DNA from: Gemmatimonadaceae bacterium
GTDB lineage: Bacteria > Gemmatimonadota > Gemmatimonadetes > Gemmatimonadales > Gemmatimonadaceae
Assembly (NCBI GenBank): GCA_045803545.1
Contig: JBJMOW010000004.1
Location: forward strand, 704,001-768,000
DNA: 64,000 nt
Reading direction: 5' to 3'
Shown: in pieces, positions 29,155-39,411 of the stretch
How positions within the stretch are numbered: position 1 is the stretch's first letter
Layout: each line of letters opens with the position of its first letter
Translations under genes and position numbers: made by a program
Notes under the pieces: model-generated
The model's database searches: none
Told to the model about the DNA's origin: nothing
What the model saw: the letters and a program-made list of their open reading frames with translations, nothing else

Positions 29155-29721
29155 TTAGAACGGACAGTTACCGGGTCTTGGCGCATCGCTCTTGAGCTGT
29201 TCACCGGGAGGCGCAAAGTACGTCACTACCGTGCGCGCCAGCGCTCCACTCTCGTTGCGCGCAATGTGCGCGAATTCGCCGAGGTCGAGGTATCCCTGAC
29301 CGGCGGTCTTGACGATGGGCGTGCAGTTCGGGTCGGTTGACTCGTAGAAGGTCATGGTGCCGAGCACGACCTGAATGAAGACAGGGCCGGGGTGTTGGTG
29401 CCAGCCGCTCTGTGCGTTCGGCTGGAAGTCGATGGTTTGGACGGCGATATCCATGGCGGGCTTCGACTTTATCTGCACTTGCCAGTCGCCCGACTTGCGC
29501 TTGATGTCCAGCGTCTGATTGTCGGGATCGCTGAAAGTCGCGCGGCCGAGGGGAGTTGAGGTCGTCCCCGATCCCATTGTCATGTGAGCGTCAGTCGGTG
29601 CGGCGATCGCGCTTCGCGCCGCATTGCGCTCCGGTCCAACTGCTTCCTCGTCGTTCTTGCACGCTGCGAGAACGACGGTAAGGCCGAGCAGACCTACTGA
29701 ACTGCGGTGAAGAAGCAACAT
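29155..29721 (-). CDS. Cupin-domain lipoprotein
   Basis: Lipobox LAAC; SGWHQHPGP and HIARNE cupin motifs. Confidence 0.8.
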   Translation of the reverse strand: MLLLHRSSVGLLGLTVVLAACKNDEEAVGPERNAARSAIAAPTDAHMTMGSGTTSTPLGRATFSDPDNQTLDIKRKSGDWQVQIKSKPAMDIAVQTIDFQPNAQSGWHQHPGPVFIQVVLGTMTFYESTDPNCTPIVKTAGQGYLDLGEFAHIARNESGALARTVVTYFAPPGEQLKSDAPRPGNCPF

Positions 29722-29833
29722 CTGGAGCTCCGATTGAGAAGGTGGATGGGGTATCTGCGCTGTCTCCCACACCCGTCGCGGCGTATGTTGGAGCCGTCGT
29801 GCGGAGAGACCGCGTTTGGGATAACGGGAAGTC

Positions 29834-30370
29834 GTGCCGAAATACGACATCACTCAGGAAACTCAGGAATCCGTTGGTGATCTCGTCGAGCTCACCTATC
29901 AGGAGTTGCGCGCGATCGCGCACCGCCGGCTGCTAGCGCGCAGACCGGGTGCGACACTCTCGACGACTGCACTCGTTCACGAGGCCTATCTCAAGCTCAC
30001 CGACCAGTCACGCGCAGGCTGGCGCGACCGGGCACACTTTCTTGCCGTCGCTTCACTGGCGATGCGCCACGTCCTGGTGGACCGGGCAAGGGAGCACGTC
30101 GCACTCAAGCGTGGTGGCGTGCGCCGCCAGATCACCCTCAACGACGACACCGTCGGCATCGAAGACCAGCCGGAAACTCTGCTCCAACTCAACGAAGCGC
30201 TCGAACGTCTCGCGGCGATTGACCCTCGGCTGGCGCAGGTGGTCGAATGTCGCTTCTTCGGCGGCCTCACCGAAACCGAAAGCGCCGCGGCACTCGGCGT
30301 CACCGTTCGCACCGTTCAGCGGGACTGGGTGAAAGCGCGCGTGCTGCTCCGGCGGCTGCTGGAGTCGTGA
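29834..30370 (+). CDS. ECF sigma factor of the Ser/Thr-kinase-associated type
   Basis: YQELRAIA...TLSTTALVHEAYLKL...RHVLVDRAR...VECRFFGGL...RDW. Confidence 0.92.
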   Translation: MPKYDITQETQESVGDLVELTYQELRAIAHRRLLARRPGATLSTTALVHEAYLKLTDQSRAGWRDRAHFLAVASLAMRHVLVDRAREHVALKRGGVRRQITLNDDTVGIEDQPETLLQLNEALERLAAIDPRLAQVVECRFFGGLTETESAAALGVTVRTVQRDWVKARVLLRRLLES

Positions 30371-30392
30371 TTTCGGGGAAGAAGACGTTATA

Positions 30393-30469
30393 GCGGGAAG
30401 CGGGAAGCGGGAAGCGGGAAGCGGGAGGCGGGAGGCGGGAGGCGGAAGGCGAGAGGCGAGAGGCGAGAG
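30393..30469 (+). repeat. Eleven tandem heptamers between the ECF and kinase genes
   Basis: (GCGGGAA)4(GCGGGAG)3(GCGGAAG)(GCGAGAG)3. Confidence 0.95.
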
Positions 30470-30476
30470 GAGGACT

Positions 30477-33332
30477 GTGGGCTCGAAAGACGTTGAGAGC
30501 TGGTCGGAGCTGGCGGCGCTCATCGATACGTTGCTCGATGCGGGGGCGGAGCACAGACCGACGCTGATCGCGGATCTCAGCGGTGGTGATCCGGCGCGTC
30601 GCCGCAAGCTCGAGGAGCTGCTCGAAGAGTGCGAGCGGGAGCCCCCGCTTCTCACTCACTCCGCGCCCGATCTATTCGGTGGGTTGTTCGAGCACGATGG
30701 CGCACAATTTCCCCCGGCGCTGGGCGCGCGATACGAGGTGATCAGGGAGTTGGGCCGCGGCGGAATGGCGACGGTCTTTCTCGCGCGTGACGTCAAGCAC
30801 AAGCGCGATGTCGCCGTGAAAGTCGTACACCCGCGCGTGACGTCGGCACTGGCAGCGGGTCATTTTCTGCGCGAGATCGAGATTGTCGCGCAATTGCAGC
30901 ATCCGCACATCGTTCCACTCTACGATTCGGGAGAGGTGGACGGGTCGCTCTATTACGTAATGCCGTACGAGGCAGGGCTGTCATTGCGCGAACGTGTGGC
31001 GCGCGATGGTCAGCTACCAGTCGATGACGTCGTACAAATTCTTCGCGACGTGTGCGAGGCGCTGTCGTACGCTCATGAGCGCAGGATCATCCATCGGGAT
31101 ATCAAACCGGACAATGTGCTGCTTTCAGGGCGACACGCGATGGTCGCGGATTTCGGAGTTGCCAAGGCCGCGACTGATGCGGCATTCGCATCGGCCGATG
31201 CTATTCCGCGGATCGCGCTCGGCACACCCGCGTACATGTCGCCGGAGCAGATCCAGAGTAACGCCGATATAGATCATCGCCCTGACATCTACTCGGTCGG
31301 AGTACTGTCGTATGAGCTGTTGACGGGACGACTTCCGTTCGACGGCAAAACGCGCGACGAGATTCTATCTGCACACCTCGAGAGCCTTCCCACACCACTC
31401 AGTGCTCACCGATCGGATATTCCGGTGTCGCTCGGCGAGCTGGTGATGAAGTCGATTGAGAAAAATCCGGACGACCGGTGGCAAACTGCCGATGAATTGG
31501 TTGCCAACCTGGTTATGATAGCGGTCGCTACGAGCGGACCCGCTTCAGTAGCCGTGTCGCCGGAGCCGAAATCGAGACGGTGGCCGTTGGCGCTGGCGGG
31601 GTTGGCAGTCGTCGGTCTTCTTGCGGCGGTAACGTGGTCACGACGCACGCCTGCGGACACAGTGTGGCGTGAGCGATGGAACGCCGCTCGCACACAGCGG
31701 GTGACCGACTTTCCCGGAGTCGAAGCGGATGCCGCGATTTCGGCGGACGGTCAATTCGTCGCCTTCCTTGCTGACAAAGACAGCGTTTTCGATTCCTTCG
31801 TCACCCGCGTCGGCAGCGAACAATTCGTAAATCTGACCGGCGGCAGATTACCGCAGCTCTTCAACGAAGATGTGCGCAACATCGGCTTCTCGCCCGACGC
31901 GAAGTACGTGTGGAATCGCGTCGCCGACATCACATCGCCCGCCAGCGTCTCGCTGATCCCGACATCCGGCGGTGCTCTCCGTCCATTCCTCAAGACCGCT
32001 GTCACCGTCGCGTGGTCTCCGGATGGGTCGCGGATCGCCTACCACGAGACAACGCCGGGCGATCCGATCTTCGTGGCGGACAGCAGCGGCCGAAATCCGC
32101 GCCGGATCTTCATGTCGAATCCTGGCCTGCACAACCATTACGTATCGTGGTCGCCCGATGCACGCTTCATTTATTTCTCGCACGGGCTTCCGCCTGACGA
32201 GATGGACATCTGGCGCGTTCCCTCCACCGGCGGACCCGCCGAGCGAATCACCAATCATGTTTCGAGAGTTGCGTATCCGGTGCTGCTGGACCCGCGCACG
32301 CTTTTATACACGGCAACGGCGGAGGACGGAACTGGTCCGTGGCTTTACTCGATCGATGTCGATCAACGCGTGCCGCATCGCGTGACCGGAGGTGTCGAAC
32401 ACTACATATCCCTCTCGGCGAGCGGAGAGATGCCCAACGGCGCGCGACGTGTGGTTGCTTCGGTTTCCAATCCCAGCGTGCAGTTGTGGAGCGTACCGAT
32501 CACGGACGGCACTGTCGATGAAACGGCGGCTGCGCCAATTGCGTTGCCCACTGCCCGAGCTGCGGCTCCGCGCTTCGGACCTGATGCATCTCTATGGTAT
32601 CTGGGCGCGCGCAGTGCCGGCGACGAGCTATGGCGACTGAGTGAATCCGGACCGAGTGTCGTGTGGAAATCCGCTCGCGGCGCCGTAATTGGAGCTGCGG
32701 CTGTCTCGCCCGATGGCAAAACTGTCTGCTTCCCGCTGCGGGAGCCTGGTCAGCCGTCTGCGCTTTACTGCGGCAATTCCGACGGGACAGGAATGCGCGC
32801 GGTCGCCGAGTCGCTGAATGTGAGGGGCGCGCCGTCCTGGTCTCCTGATGGTAAGTGGATCGCCATCGCCGCCGAGGAAGGAAGAGGATTGCGACTGTTC
32901 AAGATTCCTGCTGAAGGCGGAAAGCCGTTGCGGCTCGTTGATTCCGTTGCGTCCAATCCTGTCTGGTCGCCCGACGGAACATTCATTCTTTATTCTGGAA
33001 CTCCGCGCGCGCGGAGCGCTCCCATAAAAGCAGTCACTCCTGACGGAAAACAGGCGGCGATGCCCTCGCTCGTGGTAGATCGTCGTGGCGATAGCTATCG
33101 CTTCCTTCCCGACGGCAAGCGCCTGGTGGTGAAGCAGGGAGGATTCCGTCGTCAGGATTTCTGGCTTTTCGATCTTGCGAGTGGGCGAGGCAGACAGCTC
33201 ACCAACCTCAAACCCGGCGAGTCGATTCAGCGCTTCGATGTCTCGCCGAATGGGAGGCGCATCGTTTTCGAGCGCGTGCGGGAGAATTCCGATATCGTGC
33301 TTTTCGAATTACCAGGCCGTGCCGATCGCTGA
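30477..33332 (+). CDS. Membrane Ser/Thr protein kinase with extracytoplasmic PD40/TolB-like propeller
   Basis: LGRGGMATV, VAVK, HRDIKPDN, DFG, GTPAYMSPEQ; TM; WSPDG repeats. Confidence 0.93.
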   Translation: MGSKDVESWSELAALIDTLLDAGAEHRPTLIADLSGGDPARRRKLEELLEECEREPPLLTHSAPDLFGGLFEHDGAQFPPALGARYEVIRELGRGGMATVFLARDVKHKRDVAVKVVHPRVTSALAAGHFLREIEIVAQLQHPHIVPLYDSGEVDGSLYYVMPYEAGLSLRERVARDGQLPVDDVVQILRDVCEALSYAHERRIIHRDIKPDNVLLSGRHAMVADFGVAKAATDAAFASADAIPRIALGTPAYMSPEQIQSNADIDHRPDIYSVGVLSYELLTGRLPFDGKTRDEILSAHLESLPTPLSAHRSDIPVSLGELVMKSIEKNPDDRWQTADELVANLVMIAVATSGPASVAVSPEPKSRRWPLALAGLAVVGLLAAVTWSRRTPADTVWRERWNAARTQRVTDFPGVEADAAISADGQFVAFLADKDSVFDSFVTRVGSEQFVNLTGGRLPQLFNEDVRNIGFSPDAKYVWNRVADITSPASVSLIPTSGGALRPFLKTAVTVAWSPDGSRIAYHETTPGDPIFVADSSGRNPRRIFMSNPGLHNHYVSWSPDARFIYFSHGLPPDEMDIWRVPSTGGPAERITNHVSRVAYPVLLDPRTLLYTATAEDGTGPWLYSIDVDQRVPHRVTGGVEHYISLSASGEMPNGARRVVASVSNPSVQLWSVPITDGTVDETAAAPIALPTARAAAPRFGPDASLWYLGARSAGDELWRLSESGPSVVWKSARGAVIGAAAVSPDGKTVCFPLREPGQPSALYCGNSDGTGMRAVAESLNVRGAPSWSPDGKWIAIAAEEGRGLRLFKIPAEGGKPLRLVDSVASNPVWSPDGTFILYSGTPRARSAPIKAVTPDGKQAAMPSLVVDRRGDSYRFLPDGKRLVVKQGGFRRQDFWLFDLASGRGRQLTNLKPGESIQRFDVSPNGRRIVFERVRENSDIVLFELPGRADR

Positions 33333-33357
33333 GCCGCCGCTAATGTCGGCGGCTCAG
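33329..33357. terminator. Hairpin between convergent genes, putative terminator
   Basis: CTGAGCCGCCG-N7-CGGCGGCTCAG, no clear U tract. Confidence 0.5.
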
Positions 33358-33387
33358 TGAATTCACGCCATTAATGACGTCCATTCG

Positions 33388-34839
33388 TTATCGGATCGGC
33401 CAGGTTCCCCCAACCGACTTGTAAGCCGCGACTAGCGCTGTCGCCGCCGCTGTCCGACCGAACGCCAACTGATTCTCCGCTTCGAGGAGCGTACGCTCGG
33501 CGTCGAGCACCTGCAGGAAATCAGTCAAACCGGCCTCGAATCTTTGCTGGGCCAGGTCCGCGGCTCTTACGCTCGAACGTACCGCGCTCTCCAGAATCGA
33601 CAGTCGCGCGTGCGCGCGATCGTATGCGACGAGCGCTGATTGACTCTCGGCGAGCGCGCCAAGCACGGTCGCGTTGTATTCGGCCTGTGCTTCCTGCTGG
33701 CCGGCTGTCGCGATTTCTACACGCTCGCGCACCCGTCCAATGTCGAACAGCGGAAAACTCACAATGGGACCCAGCAGCAATCTCGAGTTGCCGCGCTTGA
33801 ATAGTGAATCGACAGTCGTCGAGGTATAGCCCATTCGCGCGCCAAGAGTCACTCGCGGCAGATACTCCGCGCGAGCGGCTCCCACGAACAATGAACGCGC
33901 CGCGTACAGCCGCTCCGCCTGCAGCACATCCGGCCGCTTGCGAACGAGTTCGCCCGGCGAGCCGACATAAAGCGTATCCGGCAACCGCGGCAGCGGTCCC
34001 GAATCGACCAGTGCCGCGGGTAATGCGTCCGGTGATTTTCCAAGCAGTACCGCTAACCGATTGCGATCGGCGGCGATCTCTGCTTCGAGACCCGGTGTCG
34101 CGGAGAGCGTCAGATAGAGAACCGACTTCGCGCGCTCGGTATCGAAAGCGGTTCCCCCGCCGGCTGCCAATCGGTCTTCGGTGAGCTTCACGATCTTCTG
34201 CTGATTTGTCGCGTTGCGCTGGGCGACTGCCAGCCGACGCTGTGCACCGCGCAGCTCGAAGTACGTGCGCGCGACCTCGGAAGCCACACTGATCTGCACA
34301 TCTTCGAGTCCATGCTGCGTCGACTCGACAAGCGCGCCCTGCGCCTGAACGTTTCTGTTCACGCGTCCGAAGAAGTCGACCTCCCACGATGCGTCGAAGC
34401 CGACGTCATAAAGGTTGTACGCGGGCAGCTGACTGCCGAGGCCGGGAGTTTGGGCCAGAGAATTCTGGAGCCGAGAAGTACTGCCGGTTCCTGTAACTGT
34501 TGGAACGAGATCGAGGCGACTCAAACGCCGGCTCGCGCGAGCGCCGCTGAGTCTGGACTCGGCAACACGCACGTCGAGATTTGCGCGCTGTGCTTCACCG
34601 ACGAGCGCGGTGAGAACACTGTCGCCGAGCGAAGTCCAGAACGGTGTTGCTGCAAGTGACTGGCTGATATGAACTGACTCGGCCGATCCGTATCCCCGCG
34701 CATCTGTCGTCGGCGCAGCGGCAACAGCAGCCGGGCGATTGACGTCATAAGCGGTCGGCACGGGAACTTCCGGCGCGCGATAAGCTGGCGAAGCGCATCC
34801 AAGCGCGGTCGCTCCGATCAGAATTGCAATATTACGCAT
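33388..34839 (-). CDS. Efflux outer-membrane factor lipoprotein (NodT/OprN-like)
   Basis: Lipobox ALGC; SWEVDFFG, RPDVLQAE, YKSVGG.W. Confidence 0.92.
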   Translation of the reverse strand: MRNIAILIGATALGCASPAYRAPEVPVPTAYDVNRPAAVAAAPTTDARGYGSAESVHISQSLAATPFWTSLGDSVLTALVGEAQRANLDVRVAESRLSGARASRRLSRLDLVPTVTGTGSTSRLQNSLAQTPGLGSQLPAYNLYDVGFDASWEVDFFGRVNRNVQAQGALVESTQHGLEDVQISVASEVARTYFELRGAQRRLAVAQRNATNQQKIVKLTEDRLAAGGGTAFDTERAKSVLYLTLSATPGLEAEIAADRNRLAVLLGKSPDALPAALVDSGPLPRLPDTLYVGSPGELVRKRPDVLQAERLYAARSLFVGAARAEYLPRVTLGARMGYTSTTVDSLFKRGNSRLLLGPIVSFPLFDIGRVRERVEIATAGQQEAQAEYNATVLGALAESQSALVAYDRAHARLSILESAVRSSVRAADLAQQRFEAGLTDFLQVLDAERTLLEAENQLAFGRTAAATALVAAYKSVGGTWPIR

Positions 34840-37800
34840 GGGTACCACCTTCTCTCTCCACCGTCAGCTGCGGACGCCACGTATTGATTGGTTGAACATC
34901 ATCAGGAATTGCCACCGGCTTTTCGACTGGACGCTGAGCTCGCCTGTCGACGAGGCCACGAACCAGCGTATAGAACAGCGGCGTGAACACGAGCCCGAGG
35001 AAAGTCACGCCGAGCATGCCTGAGAACACGGCGATGCCCATGACACGTCGCATTTCCGCGCCGGCGCCGCTGGCGATGATGAGCGGCACCACGCCGGCGA
35101 TGAACGCGAAGGAAGTCATCAGAATCGGACGCAGACGAATCCGCGCTGCTTCGAGGGCCGCCGTGAATCGATCTCGACCTTGCCGCTCCAGGTCACGTGC
35201 GAACTCCACGATCAGAATCGCGTTCTTGCACGCGAGTCCGACGAGAACCAGCAATCCGATTTGAGTGAAGACATTGTTGTCGCCGCGCGTCAGCCATACT
35301 CCGGCGATCGCCGACACCAGACACATCGGAACGATCAGCACGATGACCAGCGGCAATGACCAGCTCTCGTACAGCGCAGCCAGTACCAGGAACACCAGCG
35401 CGATACAAAGCGGGAAGACGAAGATTGCCGTGTTGCCGGCGAGCTTCTGCTGATAGGTCAGCTCGGTCCACTCGTAGCCCATGCCATTGGGCAGCGTCTC
35501 GCTCGCCAACTGCTCCATCGTCTGCACCGCGGCACCGGCGCTGACGCCCGGCGCGGCGCTGCCGCTGATGTCTGCCGCCGGATAACCGTTGTAATGCGTC
35601 ACCTGATCGGGTCCATACGACTGCTTCACCGTGAGCACCGATCCGAGGGGGACCATCTCGCCGCGGACATTCCGTACCTTGAGCTCCGCGATGTTCTCGG
35701 CGCTCGAGCGATACGGCGCGTCGGCCTGCGCAATCACCTGGTAGGTGCGCCCGAACTTGTTGAAGTCGTTCACGTATTGCGATCCGAGATAGATCTGCAG
35801 CGTTGCGAATAAATCGTTGAGCCGGATGCCGAGCTGTTTCGCTTTGTCGCGATCGACATCGGCGTAGAGCTGAGGGACGTTGACCTGGAAACTCGAGAAC
35901 TGTCCTCCGAGCTTCGGAGTCTGGTATGTGCGACCAACCAACTGCTGGGTCATCGCGTAGAGCGTCGAGTCACCGAGGCCTGCTTTGTCCTCGACCATCA
36001 GCTTGAAACCGCCGATTGCGCCGAGTCCGTTGACTGCCGGCGGTGGGAAGACCGCGGTGAAACCCTCCTGAATGGCGGAGAATTTCTGGTTGAGCGCCAT
36101 CAGGATCGCGCCGCTCTTCAGCTCCTTGCTCTTTCTCTCTTCGAAAGGCTTGAGGCCGAAGAAGATGATGCCCGCGTTTGGCTTCGGACCGAACGAGCTA
36201 ATCGAAAGACCAGGGAATTCGACCGCGTGCTCCACGCCGGGTTGCTTGAGTGCAATGTCTGTCATCCGCCGGATGACCGCCTCGGTACGATCGAGTGAAG
36301 CGGCGTCAGGAAGCTGGGCGATGGCGACCAGATAGCGTTTGTCCTGACTGGGTACGAATCCTTTCGGCACTCTCGCGAATCCCAGAATGCCGAGGAGAAC
36401 TAGCGCGCCATAAACGGCGAGCGCTGCCACCTTGCGGCGACGTACAGTCTGGACTGCTTTTCCGTAACCCGCCGAGCCGCGTTTGAAAACGCGATTGAAC
36501 GGACCGAACGCCCAACCCAACAAACGATTCATAACGCGAGTTGGTGCGTCCTCGGGAGCGCCGCGCGGCTTCAGGAGTATCGCCGCGAGCGCGGGAGACA
36601 ACGTAAGTGAGTTGAACGCCGAGATGAGCGTCGAGAACGCGATGGTGAGCGCGAACTGCCGGTAGAACTGTCCATCGAGGCCGCTGATGAACGCGACGGG
36701 CACGAAGACCGCAGACAGAACCAGCGCGATGGCGATGATGGGACCGCTTACTTCATCCATCGCGCGGTGGCTTGCCTCGAGCGGCGACAGCCCTTCTTCG
36801 ATATGGCGCTCGACGTTTTCGACGACGACGATCGCATCGTCGACCACGATTCCGATCGCCAGCACCAGTCCGAACAGCGACAGAGTGTTGATCGAGAATC
36901 CGGTGGCGAGCATGACGGCGAAGGTGCCGACGATCGAAATCGGGACTGCGGCAAGCGGGATGATCGAAGCTCGCCACGTCTGCAGGAACAACACGACGAC
37001 GATCACGACCATCAACACGGCGAGGAGGAGGGTATAGATGACTTCGCGAATCGAGTCGCGTACGAACAGCGTCGGATCGTAAACCGACGACCACTCCACG
37101 CCTTGTGGGAAGCGCGTCTTGAGCTCGGCCATCTTCGAGCGAATTCCGCTCGATAGGGAGAGCGCATTGGACCCCGGCGCCTGGAAGACGACGATTGCAA
37201 CCGCAGACTTGTTGTCGAGCAGAGCGCGCAATCCGTAAGTGCTGGGACCGAGCTCGATGCGGGCGACGTCGCGGAGGCGGGTGACCTGTCCGTCGGTCCC
37301 CGTCTTGACGATGATGTTGCCGAATTCGCCCTCGTCGGCGAGCCGGCCATGCGCGTTCACCGTCAGCTGGTAGGCGACGGGATCATTCGTTGGCGGCGCA
37401 CCGACGGTCCCCGCCGCGACCTGGACGTTCTGCTCACGAATCGCCTGGATCACATCGCCCGCGGACAGGCCGTGTGATGCGACTTTGTTCGGATCCATCC
37501 AGATTCGCATCGCGTAATCGCCGGCACCGAAGACGAATACCTGACCGGCGCCCGGGATGCGCGCCAGATCGTTGCGAATGTTGAGCAGCGCGTAATTGCG
37601 CAGATATGTCGGATTGTAGCGCCCGTCTGGTGAGAACAGGTGCACCACCATCGTGATGTCGGGCGAGCGCTTCTGGGTGATGACGCCGATCTGCCGAACT
37701 TCGTCGGGCAATCTCGCCAGCGCCTGTGAGACGCGGTTCTGAACCTGGACTTGCGCCAGGTCGACGTTGGTGCCGATCTCGAAGGTCACCGTGAGATTGA

Positions 37801-38068
37801 CGGTGCCATCAGCGGTGGAGGACGACGCCATGTACAGCATGTGCTCGACGCCGTTGATGGCGTCCTCCAGCGGCGTAGCAACCGTCTGAGCGAGCACCGT
37901 CGGATTTGCGCCCGGATATACGGCGGTGACGGTGATCGTCGGCGGTGTTACTTCCGGATATTCGCTGACTGCCAGGCTGCGCGCGGCGATAATACCGCCG
38001 GCGAGAATCACCAGCGAGATTACAATCGCAAAGATCGGCCGGTCTATGAAAAAGCGTGAAAAGCGCAC
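34832..38068 (-). CDS. RND multidrug efflux permease (MexF/OqxB-like HAE1)
   Basis: FFIDRPIFA, GIVVDDAIVVVENVER, KNAILIVEFA, RLRPILMTS. Confidence 0.95.
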   Translation of the reverse strand: MRFSRFFIDRPIFAIVISLVILAGGIIAARSLAVSEYPEVTPPTITVTAVYPGANPTVLAQTVATPLEDAINGVEHMLYMASSSTADGTVNLTVTFEIGTNVDLAQVQVQNRVSQALARLPDEVRQIGVITQKRSPDITMVVHLFSPDGRYNPTYLRNYALLNIRNDLARIPGAGQVFVFGAGDYAMRIWMDPNKVASHGLSAGDVIQAIREQNVQVAAGTVGAPPTNDPVAYQLTVNAHGRLADEGEFGNIIVKTGTDGQVTRLRDVARIELGPSTYGLRALLDNKSAVAIVVFQAPGSNALSLSSGIRSKMAELKTRFPQGVEWSSVYDPTLFVRDSIREVIYTLLLAVLMVVIVVVLFLQTWRASIIPLAAVPISIVGTFAVMLATGFSINTLSLFGLVLAIGIVVDDAIVVVENVERHIEEGLSPLEASHRAMDEVSGPIIAIALVLSAVFVPVAFISGLDGQFYRQFALTIAFSTLISAFNSLTLSPALAAILLKPRGAPEDAPTRVMNRLLGWAFGPFNRVFKRGSAGYGKAVQTVRRRKVAALAVYGALVLLGILGFARVPKGFVPSQDKRYLVAIAQLPDAASLDRTEAVIRRMTDIALKQPGVEHAVEFPGLSISSFGPKPNAGIIFFGLKPFEERKSKELKSGAILMALNQKFSAIQEGFTAVFPPPAVNGLGAIGGFKLMVEDKAGLGDSTLYAMTQQLVGRTYQTPKLGGQFSSFQVNVPQLYADVDRDKAKQLGIRLNDLFATLQIYLGSQYVNDFNKFGRTYQVIAQADAPYRSSAENIAELKVRNVRGEMVPLGSVLTVKQSYGPDQVTHYNGYPAADISGSAAPGVSAGAAVQTMEQLASETLPNGMGYEWTELTYQQKLAGNTAIFVFPLCIALVFLVLAALYESWSLPLVIVLIVPMCLVSAIAGVWLTRGDNNVFTQIGLLVLVGLACKNAILIVEFARDLERQGRDRFTAALEAARIRLRPILMTSFAFIAGVVPLIIASGAGAEMRRVMGIAVFSGMLGVTFLGLVFTPLFYTLVRGLVDRRAQRPVEKPVAIPDDVQPINTWRPQLTVEREGGTHA

Positions 38069-38092
38069 GTGAGTTTTCCGAAAAGAGTCTGA

Positions 38093-39271
38093 CTAGCGAG
38101 CGGCAGGTGCTTGGGTCGCAGTTTCGGCGACCATTGCGGCGTTGGTGGCGGCGACCTTCATCCCCGGCCGCACGCGCATCAACCCATTGATCACAACGCG
38201 TTCGCCCGGTTTGAGGCCGCTGTCGATGATGCGAAGTCCATCGAACACGCGTCCGATGGTAATCGGCCGGTACTCCACCGTCGTGTCGTTCTTGAGAACG
38301 AGCACGAACTTGCGGTCCTGATCGGTGCCGACGGCCTGATCCTGGATCAGCGTCGCGTTGTGGCGATCGGTGCCAAGCAACCTGACGCGCGCGAAGAGAC
38401 CCGGCGCGAAGAGCTGATTCGGATTGGAGAGCACCGCGCGGGCGCGGATCGTCCCCGCGGTTCCGTCGACGCGGTTGTCGATGAAGTTCAGCCTGCCCTG
38501 GTGCGGATAGCCGCTTTCATTGGCCAGTCCGACCAGCACCTCTCGGCCGTTCGGTCCGGCGAAAGCACCCGCGTACTTCAGGTATGCCTGTTCGTCGGTG
38601 TCGAAGTACACATAGATCGGATCCAGGGAGACGATAGTGGTGAGCAGCGTCGGCGTCGGCGCGCCACCCTGCACGACATTTCCTCTGGTGATCTCGGCGC
38701 GGCCAACACGACCGGAAATCGGTGCGCGCACAACGGTCCATTCGAGATTGAGGCGCGCGACCTGCAGCGCCGCTTCGGCGCCGTGGATCGCTGCGTCGCT
38801 CTCCGCGCGGCTGCTGGTCCGCGAATCGAGCTCCTCGCGCGAGATCGCCTGGGTGTTTACCAGCTTCTGCGCGCGGTCGGCTTCCATGTCGGCAAGCTGC
38901 TTGCGAGTCCGAGCCTGGGCAAGAACCGCTTCCGCTCTGGCGACTTCAGCCTGATACGGCCGCTGGTCGATGACGAACAGAACGTCACCCTGATGTACGG
39001 TCGTGCCTTCGGTGAATGCGACGCGGTCGATGAATCCACCGACGCGCGGACGCACCTCAACGGAATTCACCGCCTCGAAGTGTCCGGTGAACTCGTCCCA
39101 GTCGGTGACGACTCTTTCGATTGCAGGCGCAACCGTCACCTGCGGCGTCGGCATCTGCGGCGCATCCTTGCGACAAGCTGCGGTAGCGAGAACGAAGACA
39201 GCGGCGGCAGTCCAGCCACCGGGGTGAATTCTGAGCGAGGCCGAATGGGCGCGGGAGAGAGTGGAACTCAT
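38093..39271 (-). CDS. RND periplasmic adaptor (MexE-like)
   Basis: WDEFTG, VEVRPRVGG, RAPISGR, PGLFARVRL. Confidence 0.93.
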   Translation of the reverse strand: MSSTLSRAHSASLRIHPGGWTAAAVFVLATAACRKDAPQMPTPQVTVAPAIERVVTDWDEFTGHFEAVNSVEVRPRVGGFIDRVAFTEGTTVHQGDVLFVIDQRPYQAEVARAEAVLAQARTRKQLADMEADRAQKLVNTQAISREELDSRTSSRAESDAAIHGAEAALQVARLNLEWTVVRAPISGRVGRAEITRGNVVQGGAPTPTLLTTIVSLDPIYVYFDTDEQAYLKYAGAFAGPNGREVLVGLANESGYPHQGRLNFIDNRVDGTAGTIRARAVLSNPNQLFAPGLFARVRLLGTDRHNATLIQDQAVGTDQDRKFVLVLKNDTTVEYRPITIGRVFDGLRIIDSGLKPGERVVINGLMRVRPGMKVAATNAAMVAETATQAPAAR

Positions 39272-39329
39272 GTTGCAAGACTCCGTGACGGTAAACCGAA
39301 ACTGGTGGCGATAATCTGCGGGGGCTGAT

Positions 39330-39406
39330 ATGTTACCGGTCGGTAACATGGCGCGCGCACCCCGATGTTACCGATCGGTAACATTTTTGTCAAGCGCGGG
39401 TACAAT
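39330..39406. promoter_or_regulatory. Divergent promoter region with two 20-bp TetR operator palindromes
   Basis: ATGTTACCGGTCGGTAACAT (39330-39349) and ATGTTACCGATCGGTAACAT (39365-39384); minus strand TTGACA (39393-39388), 17 nt, TAACAT; plus strand TACAAT 39401-39406. Confidence 0.88.
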
Positions 39407-39411
39407 CTGTT

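Noticed and set aside
30393..30469. Possible CRISPR array
   Set aside because: 7-bp tandem units with no unique spacers, and no cas genes in the window.
38111..39328. 405-aa plus-strand ORF and similar long antisense ORFs (8216..9661, 6321..7451, 42830..43954, 718..1740)
   Set aside because: They lie opposite well-supported genes, have no motifs, and are expected in high-GC DNA.
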